Positions 1 to 12,559 of a stretch of 64,000 bases of DNA are shown here, piece by piece. Every line of letters begins with the position of its first letter. The first letter of the stretch is position 1. The DNA is from Hemiscyllium ocellatum (Eukaryota), in assembly GCF_020745735.1 (NCBI RefSeq), contig NC_083409.1, forward strand, positions 9,909,534 through 9,973,533, read 5' to 3'. Below the pieces are notes generated by a model. The model searched no databases and was not told where the DNA came from. It saw only the letters and a list, made by a program, of their open reading frames with translations. The translations under genes and the position numbers were made by a program.

Positions 1-640
1 ATGGTGCCTGGACTGTTCAGGACTGTCCTCGGCAGCATTTCAGTGAGCTGAGTTTGCTTTTGCTCATTTGTACCTGTAAACAGAAGACGTGATCAGGATT
101 GAAATTGCTCTTTGATGTAATGTTTCTATCGGGACCTTAAGATCACCTTCGGATAATCCGATATTTGGATTAACGAGGAACCTATGTAAAGGTATTTCTG
201 TCACTGGTGGTAGGTCAGATAGGAGAAGATGCCATTGAGAAGGCATAGGTTGTCTGTCTCATGGTGAAAGGTGCCTGAGGGTTTGGTGATTTTGGTGTTA
301 TGTGCTCAATACTGCAATCCGTACGGTTCGTTTTGAGGGGAACAGACAAACATTTCAAAGTAACAGTTTTCGGTTGATGGAGTGGCTGAGGTTATGGAAT
401 TGTGCCATCTCATGATGGCTGGCTTGGAAGTGTTGCGAGGATAATGACAAGGTCGAGAGTGATATTTGGATACAAAATGTGAGCAGTTTAACTGAGTTTT
501 TCAGCTGGGCAGCTGCATTCATAACTTCCAATGTATTAGTACAGGTTTCATATATACAGTACCTTGGAGTTTTAGCCAGTCTAAGATAACATAGGTCGGT
601 TACATCTGGACATATGTACTTGGGTTGGGTTTTCATCGGA
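1..640 (-). pseudogene. Probable env (SU N-terminal part), degraded
   Basis: Lies directly after the integrase C-terminus. ORFs 355-636 and 64-246 are Cys-containing, with a hydrophobic stretch (LLTFCIQISLSTLSLSS) resembling a signal peptide. No TM or ISD motif is visible inside the window. Confidence 0.45.
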
Positions 641-679
641 TACCTGTATCAGTGCTAACACAGGACTGTGAGGGGGATA

Positions 680-1760
680 CAAGCTTGCAATGTCCTTTGT
701 TGACCCATGTTGAACATCCTTCTACCTTTACTGCAGTTTCAGTTGTCAGAAAAGCTTGATAAGGCCCAGTTTTTGATGATTAAAGTCTTTCAATCATACG
801 TAGTCACCAGGGTTGATATTTTTAAACATTGGAGCTCGCTCTTCATCCTTCCCTGGTACTTGATAGGCTACTTTGACCAGTTGATGATACGACTGCAATG
901 CTTTGGTCAACTTAATCAGGTACATGTGCATTTCTTCTGCCATGATATGCCCATCAACAGGGTGTTGGGGACTTAATGGTGCGGACCAGGGAGTCCTCAG
1001 GAGCTTTCCATATATCAGTTCAGCCGCTGAGAATCCCGTCTTTTTCTATGTCATGGTTTCCTCATATTAAACAGAGCTTTTGGGAATACTTGAAGCCAAT
1101 TATGACCAGTTTCTTTCACCAACTTGCTGAGCTGACCTTTTGAACTTACAATTGGCTCTTTCTACAATTCCCGCTGCTTGGAGATGGTTGGCACAATGGA
1201 ATTTCTGACTTGTATTCAAACTCTTACATTGTGGGTTGGTTAGCTCCGCACAGAAGTGGGAGCCATTATCAGAAAAGACCGTTAATGGTATTCCAAATCT
1301 GGGTATGATTTCCCTTAACAGAATTTTACAAGTAGTTGTTGCTGTGCAGTCAGTGCAGGGATAAACTCCAATCCATTTATTAAATACATTGATTATCACT
1401 CAGCAATACTTATAACAATGGCATCTTGGTGACTGTCTAAAATTTCACTGGATCGTGTCAAAAGGTGCACTTGGCAAGGGAATTTCACCTGGGGGACACT
1501 TCACTCCTTTCCTGAGATTAATGTTTTGACAAATTTGGCAATTTGAAGCTGTTTGTTTTGATTTTTCTTGCAGGTGGGGATTCCACCAAGTTTGGAGAAT
1601 TCTGTCCACCATTCCCCCCTCAATTCCATGTGCATGTGTTTGAACATGATCAACTAGAATAGGCAGAAGTGAATCGGGCAGACATGTCTATTCTACCAGC
1701 GTAACCCAAAGCTTATTGCAGCTATTTACATAACAACCATGGTTCATCCATTTTTGTTTT
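680..1760 (-). pseudogene. Retroviral integrase (frameshifted)
   Basis: HHCC region (DHVQTHAH...NCQICQ); core IIPRFGIPLTVFSDNGSHF and QAAGIVERAN (ORF 1100-1399); C-terminal GPYQAFLTTETAVKVEG...W motif near 700-780. Confidence 0.9.
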
Positions 1761-1789
1761 CATTAATCAGTGGTGTCCCCCTGTTGGAT

Positions 1790-2665
1790 CCAAAGTTCTT
1801 CTAGGTCCGGCAGGGTCGGGGTGTGAGAAGAGGAAATCGGAGAGTCTCCCTTTGGTTTCTGATTCGTCATTTGAGTAACCATGTCTTTTTGCTCAAAAGC
1901 TGTTTTCTCAGCAGCTGTGTCAGCGGCATTGGTGCTTTTAGTGACATCGGCAGCATCAGAGGAGTGAGCCGAACATTTGACAATTGCCGATTGAAAGGGA
2001 AGTTGATTAGCACTGAGGAGATTAGCAACATAGGCAGCATTGAGGCTCGGGGTTCCTGATGAGATAAGGAAGCTGTGCTGCTGCCAAAGTTCCTCATGGG
2101 CACATCCAAAGGGAATCAGTATCGATATGAGGTGACTTTCCTTCAGCAGGTATGCAGGCACGGGTGAGAGCAAGGAGTTCATCTTGCTGGGCGGGGCAGG
2201 GTGGATCGACGGGATAATCTTCTGTTGGATGGGACAAAGTGACAATCGTGTATCCTGCCATGTGTTTGCCTTCTGGAGATAAAGAAGAAGAACCATCGAA
2301 TGGAGCGTGGTTAATGTTACAGCAGTATTTAAAGGGGAGAAGTGGATTCTAAAGTAATGAAATCACATAGCAACTTAGATGAGCCACAGTTCGGTGTTGA
2401 GTATGTTTAGAAGTAAGTAAGGATACCACGGAATGCGAGATACAGACTTCTACATTTTGATGTAAAGTTATATTAGAGGCAGCCAATACCATAGGATGGA
2501 TGGTGGGGAGAATCTGGGTGCAGGAAGGCATACCCTGTGCAACAGGGTCAAGCTTAGTGGAGTGATAGGCAGCAGGGCACCAAGAGGAGCCATGTTGCTG
2601 GGTAAGAACCGCTATAGCACAGGTGTCAAGGATGGAAAAGGGTTTTGTGCAATAAAAGGGCAAAC
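1790..2665 (-). pseudogene. Retroviral pol: RT connection plus RNase H only
   Basis: ORF 2349-2663 contains AVLTQQHG...PAAYHSTKLDPVAQGMPSC. ORF 1763-2296 contains AIVKCSAH...NAADTAAEKTA (RNase H C-terminal motif). Confidence 0.85.
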
Positions 2666-3842
2666 CTGCTGAGGTCCCTGGGGAGGGTGACCAAGAGGTT
2701 GCCAGCTGCTTCCACTCCGGCGATCAACCGGGGGCTGCTTTGGGAAAGGGCAGTTCTTGGACCAATGTCCAGGTTGATTACGGTTGACACAAATGTGTGA
2801 TTGTTGGGGGACACGAGGGGCTGGGGGAGGTAGTGAAGACTAGTGAGAGGATGTATAAGGGGTAAGGGGCACCGTGGACTGTTGGGGAGGATACAGAGGA
2901 GGACCCCAAGATCCATTGGGATGTTGTGAATCCACGGTACCAGTAAAATGCCACAGACGGTAAATACTAATTAGGAGTCAGCGTTGGAATTGCCAGCCTG
3001 TACATTGATCTAATCCTGCTCATCGAAATTTTAAATTGTATTCTGGTTGTTTTAAAGTCGAACTGAAATACTTCTCTTGGAAAAACTAACAAGGTTTCGG
3101 TTCTTTCAGCAAGGCATCATATCCTTTCACCATCTGGTTAAAGAGTACAAGCTGGTTTTAAAAGCAGCAGTTAGATTTGATCAAAATCAGTGGCCTTAAG
3201 TTCCCTTATCAGTGCAATTGTAGCACTCCTAACACACAGGGACAAATGATTCATTGGGGAAAGGCATGGCCCTTAGCACGTTCATCCTCAGAGTGGGGAG
3301 GGGAGTTCAGGCGATGTTTTGTTTTATGCAGTGTGTTCGCCTTGGCCGTACTGTGGGTGTGTTTTGAGGGGGAACCCGGAGGAAGTCGGCTGACAGGACG
3401 GGAGGCGTAAAATATTTCCTCCTCTGTATCAGTGTCCCATTCCTTATCCGCGGATGGATCAGGATTCTTTAGTAATGGGTCTTTGGGAGAGGTGGGGTAT
3501 AAGGAACTGTCTTTGTCGTCAGTCTGGTCCTGCGCGGCTACAGCTGCAGTCTGTTGTTTATTCACCGGGTTTCCCTTTTCTTTGGGGCCCCTGACATTTC
3601 AGCGTAGGTTCTGAATCTTTACTTTGTTTTATTTTCTCCATCGCCAATTCCAAATCATGTGCTTCACATTTGCATTTTTGTTCTGTCCAATCTAGTTCAG
3701 ATCCTTCCTCAGTTAATGGACTAATTCCCCTCGTAATACAGTTTTGTCTCCATGATGATTGCATGGCTTTTTCCCATTTTTCCCTATCTACCTTTTCCCA
3801 CGCTGATATGGCTTCTTTCTGTTTACTTCCCTTTTTTCCCAA
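2650..3842 (-). pseudogene. Retroviral gag (MA, Pro-rich linker, short CA remnant, NC knuckle)
   Basis: MGKKGS fits the MGxxxS myristoylation consensus; LYP late-domain-like motif in ORF 3251-3565; degenerate knuckle CVNRNQPGHWSKNC near 2750-2800. Confidence 0.8.
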
Positions 3843-4989
3843 ATCCCTTGTTCACTTTTAATGTGCACCCATATTTATCCTATTTATTTTAAATCTTCAC
3901 AGAACTGCTGATCTACAGGGGCTCCAACCCCACAAAACACAGGGGCCTCTAACCCCACAAGATTCTGTTTTTAGTACGTATTTAAACAATCTCATTTTGG
4001 GTTCTGTCCGGGTACCATGAGAATGAAATGGGGGAAGCAGCACACAAAGAAGCAGGCCAAGAGCAATTGAGACCGACCCTTGGGTGAAGCTCCTCTTTTC
4101 CGGTTTCATTCAAACACATCCCCTTGTTGGAACCCTGCTCGCAGCGTCAAATTGATAAAGTACAGATTTGAGATTGCCCAGGGAATCCCTTGTGAACTCA
4201 ACCTGTAAGCCCCTTGGTTCATCCCGGAGATCGTACTTTTGGAAGTCTGGAATAAAACATTAACCTCTTCCAGTTTAATTTTAGTCATCCCCTTAATTTA
4301 CTAATAGCATCACTGTTCCAACATAACACTGACACCTATAAGCCAGGTTGACTGGATTCTAAAAACCCAGGAGAGTAGGATATCGCTCTTCCTTCAAGAG
4401 CCCTGGCAGGTTACTCTGTTGTACTACCACAGACAGGCTACCGTTATACGAATGTTTACATACGCTGTACTGTCAAGAATAGGCTTTCTTTGGACAAAAA
4501 GTTAACAAAAGCACTGCTTGTTCTAAATGAGGCAGATAACAGTGAAGGACAATAATTTGGGAGAGAAGTTAATTGATACCAAGTTATTAATTTCACAAAG
4601 GGTCAGCTGTGAATGTTATCACTTGGTGTCCTCTTCATGCAGATTCTCTGATGCTCAGGAAAATGTTCTTAATTGCCTTACCCTCCAGCGCCTCTATTTT
4701 CTGGTGGACAGTAAATGTGTTCTATAATTCAACATTACATTTTAGTCTAAAAGTTTCAGGACAAGTTTTAAGGCTATAGACTTTCTCAAACAAAACTTGA
4801 GAGAGCTTGCCCAAGTCTGGTAAGGAGGACCGATTGGCAAACTTGAATAAAGACAAGAATGAAGAACACATTAATGGACTGATGTGTTCAGAGAGAAGGC
4901 ATCCAAGGCAGCACTGGAGACAGACACCAAAATTAACGCTGATGTGTCTGTGTGTTCTTCCAGTACACAAAGGGAGGACTTTTCACTAA

Positions 4990-5454
4990 GTATCCACAAG
5001 AACTCCAACTCCTCTGTTGGGTTTACTGAACAGGGAAAAGCACCAACTCGAGACTCAATTTAAAGTACCATTCCTCGAGCCTCAATCTGAGGAATTTCAT
5101 GAGGAGCACATGGACATTAAAGGAGAGGAACCCAAGGACAATCGTGAGGATAGTGAAGACTTTAACGGAGATGATCTGAAGAGCAGTGATTCAAAGGCCA
5201 ATTCTTTGGTTGATATGATACTCTCTTCCTTTGTCAAGGATGCAATTGAACAATTGCAAGAAATCACAAAGTCTGTAGCTGAAAAGGTTTGGCTCACTAA
5301 TCAATGATTCCAGTTCAAATTGGATATTGAATCCTGGCCCAGGTCACCTTCCAAGGATCTAGAGGAGGAACACAAGACTGATATCCCATTGGACACATTT
5401 GAAAGTGATGATGATAAGGAGGAAGTATTATCTTCAGATCTTTGTCCTCGACCT
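4990..5454 (+). pseudogene. CEP350: CEP350-like pseudo-exon (3' part of the large C-terminal-region exon; may extend left to ~4530)
   Basis: TPLLGLLNREKHQLETQ, SFVKDAIEQLQEI and DDKEEVLSSDLCPRP|gtaagt match my recollection of vertebrate CEP350 (TPLLDLLTREKNQLEAQ, VFVKDTVNQLQQI, EDEKEEISSPDMCPRP). In-frame TGA at 5305-5307. Confidence 0.85.
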
Positions 5455-6441
5455 GTAAGTACCATGTTTTAACATACTTATAGGATTATCATTATTTCCC
5501 AGACAATATGTCAAAATACAACTCCACTTTTTTCAGCAACCTGTTGCAGGTCATCATTTTTAGAAATTATCCTGAGTGTTCCCCTTTCCCAAGGACCCTT
5601 TACCAAAAGACTATTGTGAGGAATATCTTGATAAATTGTGAAATAAATTTGTGGGTGATAAAATCAAGCAGTGGGGAATATTCTTAAAATTTCTGGTGTC
5701 TCGGTGTTCTACTTTGCCCATCAATTCTCGAAGTATGTGTGAGTAGCCTGATTATTTCTCAAGGGATTTAGTGACCATTTCCACTGTGTAATTATAGAGT
5801 TCAGAACTGAAAGATTGCTATTGAAATTCAAACCCTTTTCCTCCTGCACTTTTCTGTCCTTCGGTTCAAGGAAGGCAGTGTTTTTAAAGAGGATCTTTGA
5901 AACTAAGTTTTGAATCATGCTTTTCAATCTCTGGCTTTTTTAGTGCACACACTGTTTTTCTAGCGTAGTGTTCTGAAGCAAAGTCTAGAGACTGAATGAC
6001 CATCTGATTAGAAGAACAGAAGTGTTTATGGTTTGCACATATTAACATTCATTTGGACTAGTAGCATTTTTCATGAAAGTGTTTGACAGGTTCTCATACT
6101 GTCCATTTCTTTCTGAGCATTCAGTGTAGGAAATCACAAAGAGGAGATTGGGTCACTTTGATTTGACACAGCAACATCCTGACTAAACTGACACATGCTC
6201 TTCTGATTTGTCAATATTTGTGTTTACCTATAAAATGAATTCCATCCTGTGTCTAAGTCATCAGACATACTCTGAGATATAAAAAGAAGGTTCTCGTTTG
6301 TTTGTCTGCTGTTTTTATGCTTTGATTTCAAAGTTTATTAAAACCATGTATTGTTCATTAATGTTTTGAAATGAATTTCATCACTTTTGTTTCTGACCTT
6401 CAGTTTATAGATTGACCAACAGTTTGTGTACTTTGCAAAAA

Positions 6442-6820
6442 GGCGGCCTGATGTTTGGCTCACATGGGCAGGAAGAAGTGGCCAAACACCTGGCAGAGTT
6501 GGAATTGAGTCGTGAGATGCTCGATGACCTGGTAGATGACCAAGATTGATTTGATGAGGACTTTGGGCTGCGCTTTAGCAAAGTGCAGCAGCCAGTGCAG
6601 GAGGCCCAGTCTATGAAGGATATGCCTCTCAAAATCCAAAGGGAACCTCATTTTGCTGTACATCATGATGCTTTAGAGGTTGAGATGATGGTTCATGCAG
6701 CGGCTGAGGAAGTTGCAGGATCTTGGCCACGATCCAGGAAATCTACAAATACTCCCAGACTATCTTGAGAATAATAAATGGAAAGATGTAGAGAGTGTGA
6801 GCAAAAGAGTTTCTTGTGAA
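6442..6820 (+). pseudogene. CEP350: CEP350-like pseudo-exon (DUF4378-proximal region)
   Basis: GQEEVAKHLAELELSRE..DQD*FDEDFGL (W to TGA at 6547-6549), VHAAAEE, then a frameshift into DLGHD...DVESVSKRV|gtgag. The acceptor AG appears lost. Confidence 0.88.
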
Positions 6821-8182
6821 GTGAGATCCAGCTTTTGCATTTGAACACAAACTTATTTTTTCTCAGATAAACAAGAAAGCTATGGGTTAATAGTGCTCCA
6901 CAGCAGCTCTGATTGATGATATGTATAACAGCATGTTAAAAGACATTCTGATGACTGCATTGAATTCAATTTACCATTTGCCCCTTCTCTAAAAGTCCAA
7001 ACCACTTTCTCCTCCACTGTTTGTACTCTCCCATTATTAATTTAGCATCATCATCATCATCCTGTTCTTCATTAAATCCCATCTGTCACAACTTTGCCCA
7101 CTCTGAGAATCTATATTTTCTGTTTCTATTTACATAATATATGGTGTCTCTTCCAGTCACTCATTTTTTTTTAATTCTTCTGTATCATCTCTGTTTTTCC
7201 ATTGGTTGATAATACACTATATAGTTATTAATCATCTTCTTAAAACTCTCCAGAATCTTATCTTCCACAGGTCACTCCATAATTTTCAGATGAAGAAAGC
7301 CTTAAAGGTTGCACTTTTCAGTCTGAATTTGTGCTGTGTTGAGGTTCCCAAAATTGACCAAAATATTCTAAGATCTTATGCAACTTAATGTGGCTTAAAT
7401 TGTTTGTGTGCAGTTGGAAGAGCCAGGTTTCTTTTAATGGCCATATCTATCACTTTAAATGGCCTGTATGTTTGAATACTTTGTGGCATTTTTCTCTGAT
7501 CTGATTAGGATCTTACAATTTCAGGTGTAATTCCTTTTCTTATCCACTCAATGTATTACTTCATCTCACTCTTAACTTCAGGAACTGAAGTTAAGATGAA
7601 CTCATCTGTTAAACTGAGAATGATTTGACCTTCCTGAAATGCTGGGTCCGCTGTATGAATCCACGTCAGCCCCAATGTTTATGGTGAGACTTCCCACAGC
7701 GCTGATCTAGAGTTGTCTGCCTACAGTTTATTATAAAGGTGGAACATTTTTGGAATTTGACTGAGCAGAAGCCTCTTAGAAGATGCTGTTGGCAAAGTGC
7801 TGAACCATGTAATGCAATGAATCGTTAGGTGAATAATTAATCATTTCTCAGTCTACGTCTGAGGCAAAGTAAAATGTCAAACCTTCTCGGAGTGTTGCAT
7901 ATTCCCTTTAAGTTGTTTTGAATATGCTTTTGGATCTCACTGATTTTGTTCACTTCAATTATCATTACATTTTCAAGCATTCCGTAGATTTTTGTTCAAT
8001 AGAACATGCTTTGAGTTTCATCCAATTTTACATCATTCAGAATGGGGGAAAGAGTCCAAAGGCTCAAGTGTCAAAGGCTTCACTGAGCAGTTTTGGGCAA
8101 GGGTAATGGATTGTGGGTTGTTTTGTCTGTGTATTTAGGGTGTGTGCAACAACTGCCATTTCTCCTGGGCTTCTATCCACAG

Positions 8183-8305
8183 ATCTTCATTTCTAATGAG
8201 GCTATGAAGTTGTTTGGATTCTACCAAGAGCAATATCAGAAGACAGACTGTCAGAAGATGAAGACATTTGACAGGAGAAAACGTGATTGTATGGACCATA
8301 TTTTG
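8183..8305 (+). pseudogene. CEP350: CEP350-like penultimate-type exon, copy 1
   Basis: cag|IFISNEAMKLFGFYQEQYQKTDCQKMKTFDRRKRDCMDHIL|gtaagt, 123 nt and open. Recalled human counterpart: SFIASEVLKLF..KTDWQKMMKFGRKKRDRVDHIL. Confidence 0.88.
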
Positions 8306-8618
8306 GTAAGTGCTTCAGTTTAGCAACTGTTCAGTTTTATATTGTACCACTGCATCACGATTATGAACACTGCGTCCTACATCTGAATTTTCTGTTATTT
8401 CAAATGATAAAGGCTTTATCTTCAACTTTGTGGTTGAATTGAAAACTTGTCCTCACTGTAGTAATTCGCTGAAAATCAAGGCCTACTTTTTCTTAGTTGC
8501 CACAAAAGTTTTTTAAAAATTCAGAAGTACTTTGAATTCAGTGCAGTTGGCAAAGTAGTGTCATGTGTACTTCTTTAAATCCCAATGTTTGATTTCACTT
8601 TCTCTCGATGTTTCTTTG

Positions 8619-8757
8619 TCGTATGGTGAATTTGTGAAGAAGACCGAAGCTGAACTCAGTAAAGATCTTGATGTTGCCAGCTCAACCTCCACCAAACCGC
8701 AGATTAAAACTCTGTACTCCACTGCTACTGAGAAGCTAAACTGCTGTCTCTGCAGAA
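8619..8757 (+). pseudogene. CEP350: CEP350-like mid-gene exon (SYDEF...KKTEAEL), copy 1
   Basis: SYGEFVKKTEAELSKDLD...KPQIKTLYSTATEK. Acceptor AG deleted, and a small frameshifting deletion near the 3' end relative to copy 2. Confidence 0.85.
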
Positions 8758-8899
8758 GTACTTTCAGTAATGGATGTTAATTGTGTGACCTTATGAAGGG
8801 ATGCCTCTTGTATTTCTCTTTTATACCCTAGTGGGACCCCTTTTGTCCATATTAGTTGGTGATTAAATGTTTCTTGAGTGAAGGAGAGCAGTACTTTTG

Positions 8900-9712
8900 C
8901 AGTGACTTTACAGCAGGGAAATGTGCCTTTTGGCCCAACAGACTCGTGCAGTTATTTAGTCTCCATGCGGGTCTACTCCCAGTTTGTCTCCTCCCATCAG
9001 TGCGTCCTTCTGTATGTTTCTCCCAGAGGTACTTATCCAATTTCCCCTGAAACACATTCATGCTATTCAACTGAAGCATTCCAGGTACTAGCAAGTTCCA
9101 TGTTGTCACCTTTCTCAGGGAAGAATGTTTTGTTTTGAATGTCTGATTTGATCCATTAATGTTAACTTCCTGTTCGGGTCAGCTACGCAAGTGAAAACAT
9201 TTCTCCCTCCATGTAGTTCAAGCACCTTCATTTTTAAAGTTCTCTATCAAATCTAATTTTCAAAATTCTCTGTCCAATCACTAGCTTATACAGTTGATGG
9301 TCGGTTCCTGGGTGTGTTGCTGCACAAAGAGACCTCAGGATGCAGGTGTATAGTTCCTTGAAAGTGGAGTTGCAGGGAGAGAGTGTGGTGAAGAAGGCAT
9401 TTGGCATGCTTGCCTTCATCGGTCAGAACATTGCCTGTAGTGGTTGAAGTGTTACGTTGCAGCTGTACAGGACATTGGTGAGGCCTCGTCTAGAATACTG
9501 CATACAGTTCTGATCGCCTTTCTATAGGAAGGATGTTAAACTTGAGAGGTTGCAGAAAAGATTTACAAGGATGTTGCCGGGGCTGAGTTACAGGGAGAGG
9601 CTGAATAGGCTGAAGCATTTTTCCCATCAAGCATTGGAGACTGAAGCGTGTTTGTAGAGGTTTATACAATGAAGAAAGGGCATGGATAGTGTAAATAGTC
9701 AAGATCTTTTTT
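8900..9712. mobile_element. Two old CR1 3' fragments (minus ~8900-9165; plus ~9265-9712)
   Basis: CR1 ORF2 C-terminal peptides (LEYCIQF, KLERLQKRFTRML; FQGKLDKYL) and CR1-type 3' tail sequence. Confidence 0.8.
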
Positions 9713-9715
9713 TTC

Positions 9716-11445
9716 TCTCATCGTCTGCATAGGGAGTGATTTGTGATCCTCAAATCCCACTGTCGGTGCCATTGTTTCAGGGTCTTTTTGGACAGCCTCC
9801 GCCAGTGCTTCAAGTACAAAGGTAAACAGTAGCAGTAACAGAGGACATTCCTGTCAGCTGCTCATCCCCACATGAAAATTGCTCGATTTAACCCCATTCT
9901 TTATATAACACTGCCAATCACCTGGTGAAGGCCCTTCCTAGACAAAAACAATCTAGAACAGCAAAGAGATTCGACCATTCTACCTGATCAAAAGCCTTTT
10001 CTGCCTCCAGGGAGACCACCAAACCCGGAATCATTCTTTGCTGACATAGTTGTACTGTGTTCAATACCTGCCTGATGTTGTTGGAGGAGCTGCAGCCCTT
10101 GATAAAACCGTCTGCTCCTCTTTTATAATAACAGGCAGCACCTTCTCCAGGCTCAGAGCTAACACCTTTTGATAGAATTTCAAAATCCATGTTCAACAAC
10201 GAGATGGGTCGATACAATGTACAATCCTGAGGGTCTTTTCCTTTCTTTAAAATAAGAGTGATATTAGCCTCTGTAAGAGAGGGCAGAAGACAGTCCTGGC
10301 CATAGGAATGACTAAACAGCTCCAGCAGTGGTTCAGCTGACATGTGTATGATCTCCTTATAAAATCCACATGGGAATCCATCTGGACCAGATGCCTTACC
10401 ACTTGGAGCTGCCTTACCACCTCTTGTACATTTAAAAGGGAGGTCTGATCTGCGTTTATACCAGGGAGGTCCACGTTTTCAAAAAAGGATTCCATTCTCA
10501 CTTCTCCATCCCCACAGCCCTCTGACCGGTATAACTCTGCATTGAACTCCCGGAATCTGGCATTGAACTTCCTCAGTTCACAAGTGACCTTGCCAGTTCT
10601 CTCCCTGATAAACACAATGGACTGTGGAGTATTTTCCTTCATAGCCAGGTAAGCCAGGGATCTACCTGGCTTATCCCCATATTTAATCAGCCTTTGCTTT
10701 GCAAAGGAAACCCCTCTCTTTGCCACTTGTGTGAGCATTGAGTCCAGAGCAGCCCGGAGAGCCGTGACCCATTGCAATTTGATCCCGGATGGTCTGGGAT
10801 AATATGCTGATTTGGCTGCCTTCAGCCAGGCCTCCAGTATCAGCTGCTGCTGTCCTCTCTGCCTCCTTCTCATTGTCAAGTGTAAAATTGGTGGTCTCCC
10901 AGAGCACTGATGGGTTACTGGCTGTAGCCTGATTGAAGACCCAAAAAACCCTGAACTCCCTTGTGATATATTGTACAAAATTGTCATCCTTCAACAGAAA
11001 TGGATTTGTGTCATGTGTCTCCTACACTACTTTTGATCTTAACATCTAAATAGACTGCTGCGTGGTCTGAAATAGTTATGTTCCCAATCCTGCAGGCTAA
11101 CACCAAGTCCAAACAAACCGACGGAACAAACAACATTTCAATTCTTGTGTGGCACTTGTGCGGGTTGGAGTAAAAGGTAAAGTCCCTCCCATTTGGGTGG
11201 GGGCACCTCCACACATCCACTCGCCCCAACTCCCCTCACAAGTCCACTAACTGTCTAGTCTGCAGAGGTGTACCCGACAGCCGCCTTGGCATCCTGTCCA
11301 CCCCAGGATCCACGAGACAATTAAAGTCTCCTTCTATAAATATATGGCATACCCCAGGAGCCATTAATTTAAAGACTGCATCAACTAAAACTTTGAGAGG
11401 ATGCACCAGGGGGCAGTAAATCGCAAGCCATGACCGCACACTACA
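9716..11445 (-). mobile_element. L1-clade (Tx1/fish L1-like) LINE ORF2 internal fragment
   Basis: Endonuclease motifs GDFN and DVWR...FTFYS...RIE, SDHAAV. RT motifs YRPISLLNMD, SLEAEKAFDQVEW, and YADD at the left break. Truncated at both ends. Confidence 0.9.
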
Positions 11446-11914
11446 GCCCGCAGTCCCCCGAGAGGAAGAAGCTCATTCAATGTGTGACAAGTGAGAAAAA
11501 AAAGGCTTCATCAAATCTAAATGATTTGTCCTTCAACTGATCTCATGACTTAAATGGGGAATGGTGTCTCTTCAGTTAGGTGATTCAAATCCACCAAATC
11601 AATTGTCACGTATGCACTCCTTCCATACCAAAAGGATATGTGGATAAAATAGTAGCATGTCTTGCACTGATTTATTTCAAGATTCCTTTATTCAGTCATA
11701 TGCTGAAGCTATTCAGTCCAACTTTCTTGTGTTCCCCTTGGATCTGTGGTTGTGCATAAGGAAATTTCCACATGTCCCCTTAAACAATGTGTGAGTCAAC
11801 ATAACAGTTGTGTTGAATCAATAATTGTAACCCAACTCTGCTCCTTGGGCAGAAAACTAATCCAAGGATTCTAGCTTAGCCTTTAACTTCATGTTCAAGT
11901 TCTAAATCTTTCAG

Positions 11915-12160
11915 TGAGCAATGGAAAATAACAAAGAACAATGTAAATCATTTACTGTCTCTCCAGACTCTGCTTCTCTTGCCACTGAGTACTCCCTTAG
12001 GTTCGATGAGGCAATGACTGAAGATGATATTGAAGAGAAATCCTTCCATCTCCTGCCATCAGAGAGCCATCGCTGCTTTAACATGGGGAAGAAACGCAGC
12101 CAGCAGTATGATTCCGATGAGGACATACTGCAGGATCAATCGGCTTCAATAGCTGTCAAA
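11915..12160 (+). pseudogene. CEP350: CEP350-like exon (ATEYSL...)
   Basis: SLATEYSLRFDEAMTEDDIEEKSFHLLPSESHRCFNM...AVK|gtgagt. Open from 11918. The exact acceptor (11915 or 11919) is uncertain. Confidence 0.9.
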
Positions 12161-12559
12161 GTGAGTTCTCCCATGGGTTCGCCAAGGGTGAGTGGTGGAG
12201 CCAGTTAGTGGGATCTCAGTGTTTGGGTTAGTTGCTCCTCTCCATGTTCTAGGTATCTTGCTATGAGATTCAGATGTAGAGGATGAGGAGCAGATGGGGC
12301 AATGAGTGTAAGGCAAGTGTTGGGCAGGGGCTGCTTTTTTTGAAAAAAGAAATACCACTCACTAACAATGTTGCCAGAGTTTATAAATCTTGAAGAGGAA
12401 TAAATCTTTTCCATTGTTAATCTTTGTGATTGAGTTACCATGTAGTGAAGACAGAGATTAATATTTATTGGGATTCCTTGCTCACCTAGTCAGGTAAACA
12501 AACTAAATTTGACTGCTAAGAATGTTCCTAAATTTACAACTTTCTACTGTACATTAAAG

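Larger units (their letters stand above)
1..4330 (-). mobile_element. Internally deleted class I (epsilon/gamma-like) endogenous retrovirus: gag - partial pol - integrase - env-like; continues past the window start
   Basis: Minus-strand order: myristoylated Gag N-terminus, zinc knuckle, RT connection/RNase H, HHCC-rve-GPY integrase, then an env-position ORF. Many stops and frameshifts. The 5' boundary and LTR were not resolved. Confidence 0.9.
8101..9712 (+). repeat. Segmental duplication, copy 1 (two CEP350 pseudo-exons plus two old CR1 pieces)
   Basis: Colinear with 17235-18390 plus 22484-~22965, including intronic sequence and shared CR1 junctions and deletions. Roughly 85% identical by eye. 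Confidence 0.92.

Noticed and set aside
4000-4017. Possible primer-binding site TGGTACCCGGACAGAACC directly after ...CA on minus
   Set aside because: Only about 12/18 match to the recalled tRNA-Lys PBS, and no poly(A) signal or second LTR is available to confirm the LTR end. Left unassigned.
7581-7832. Two exon-like segments with plausible splice signals between CEP350 exons
   Set aside because: They contain stops, give no recognisable peptide, and the intervening intron would be only ~55 nt. They do not match the missing AVFDL exon as I recall it.
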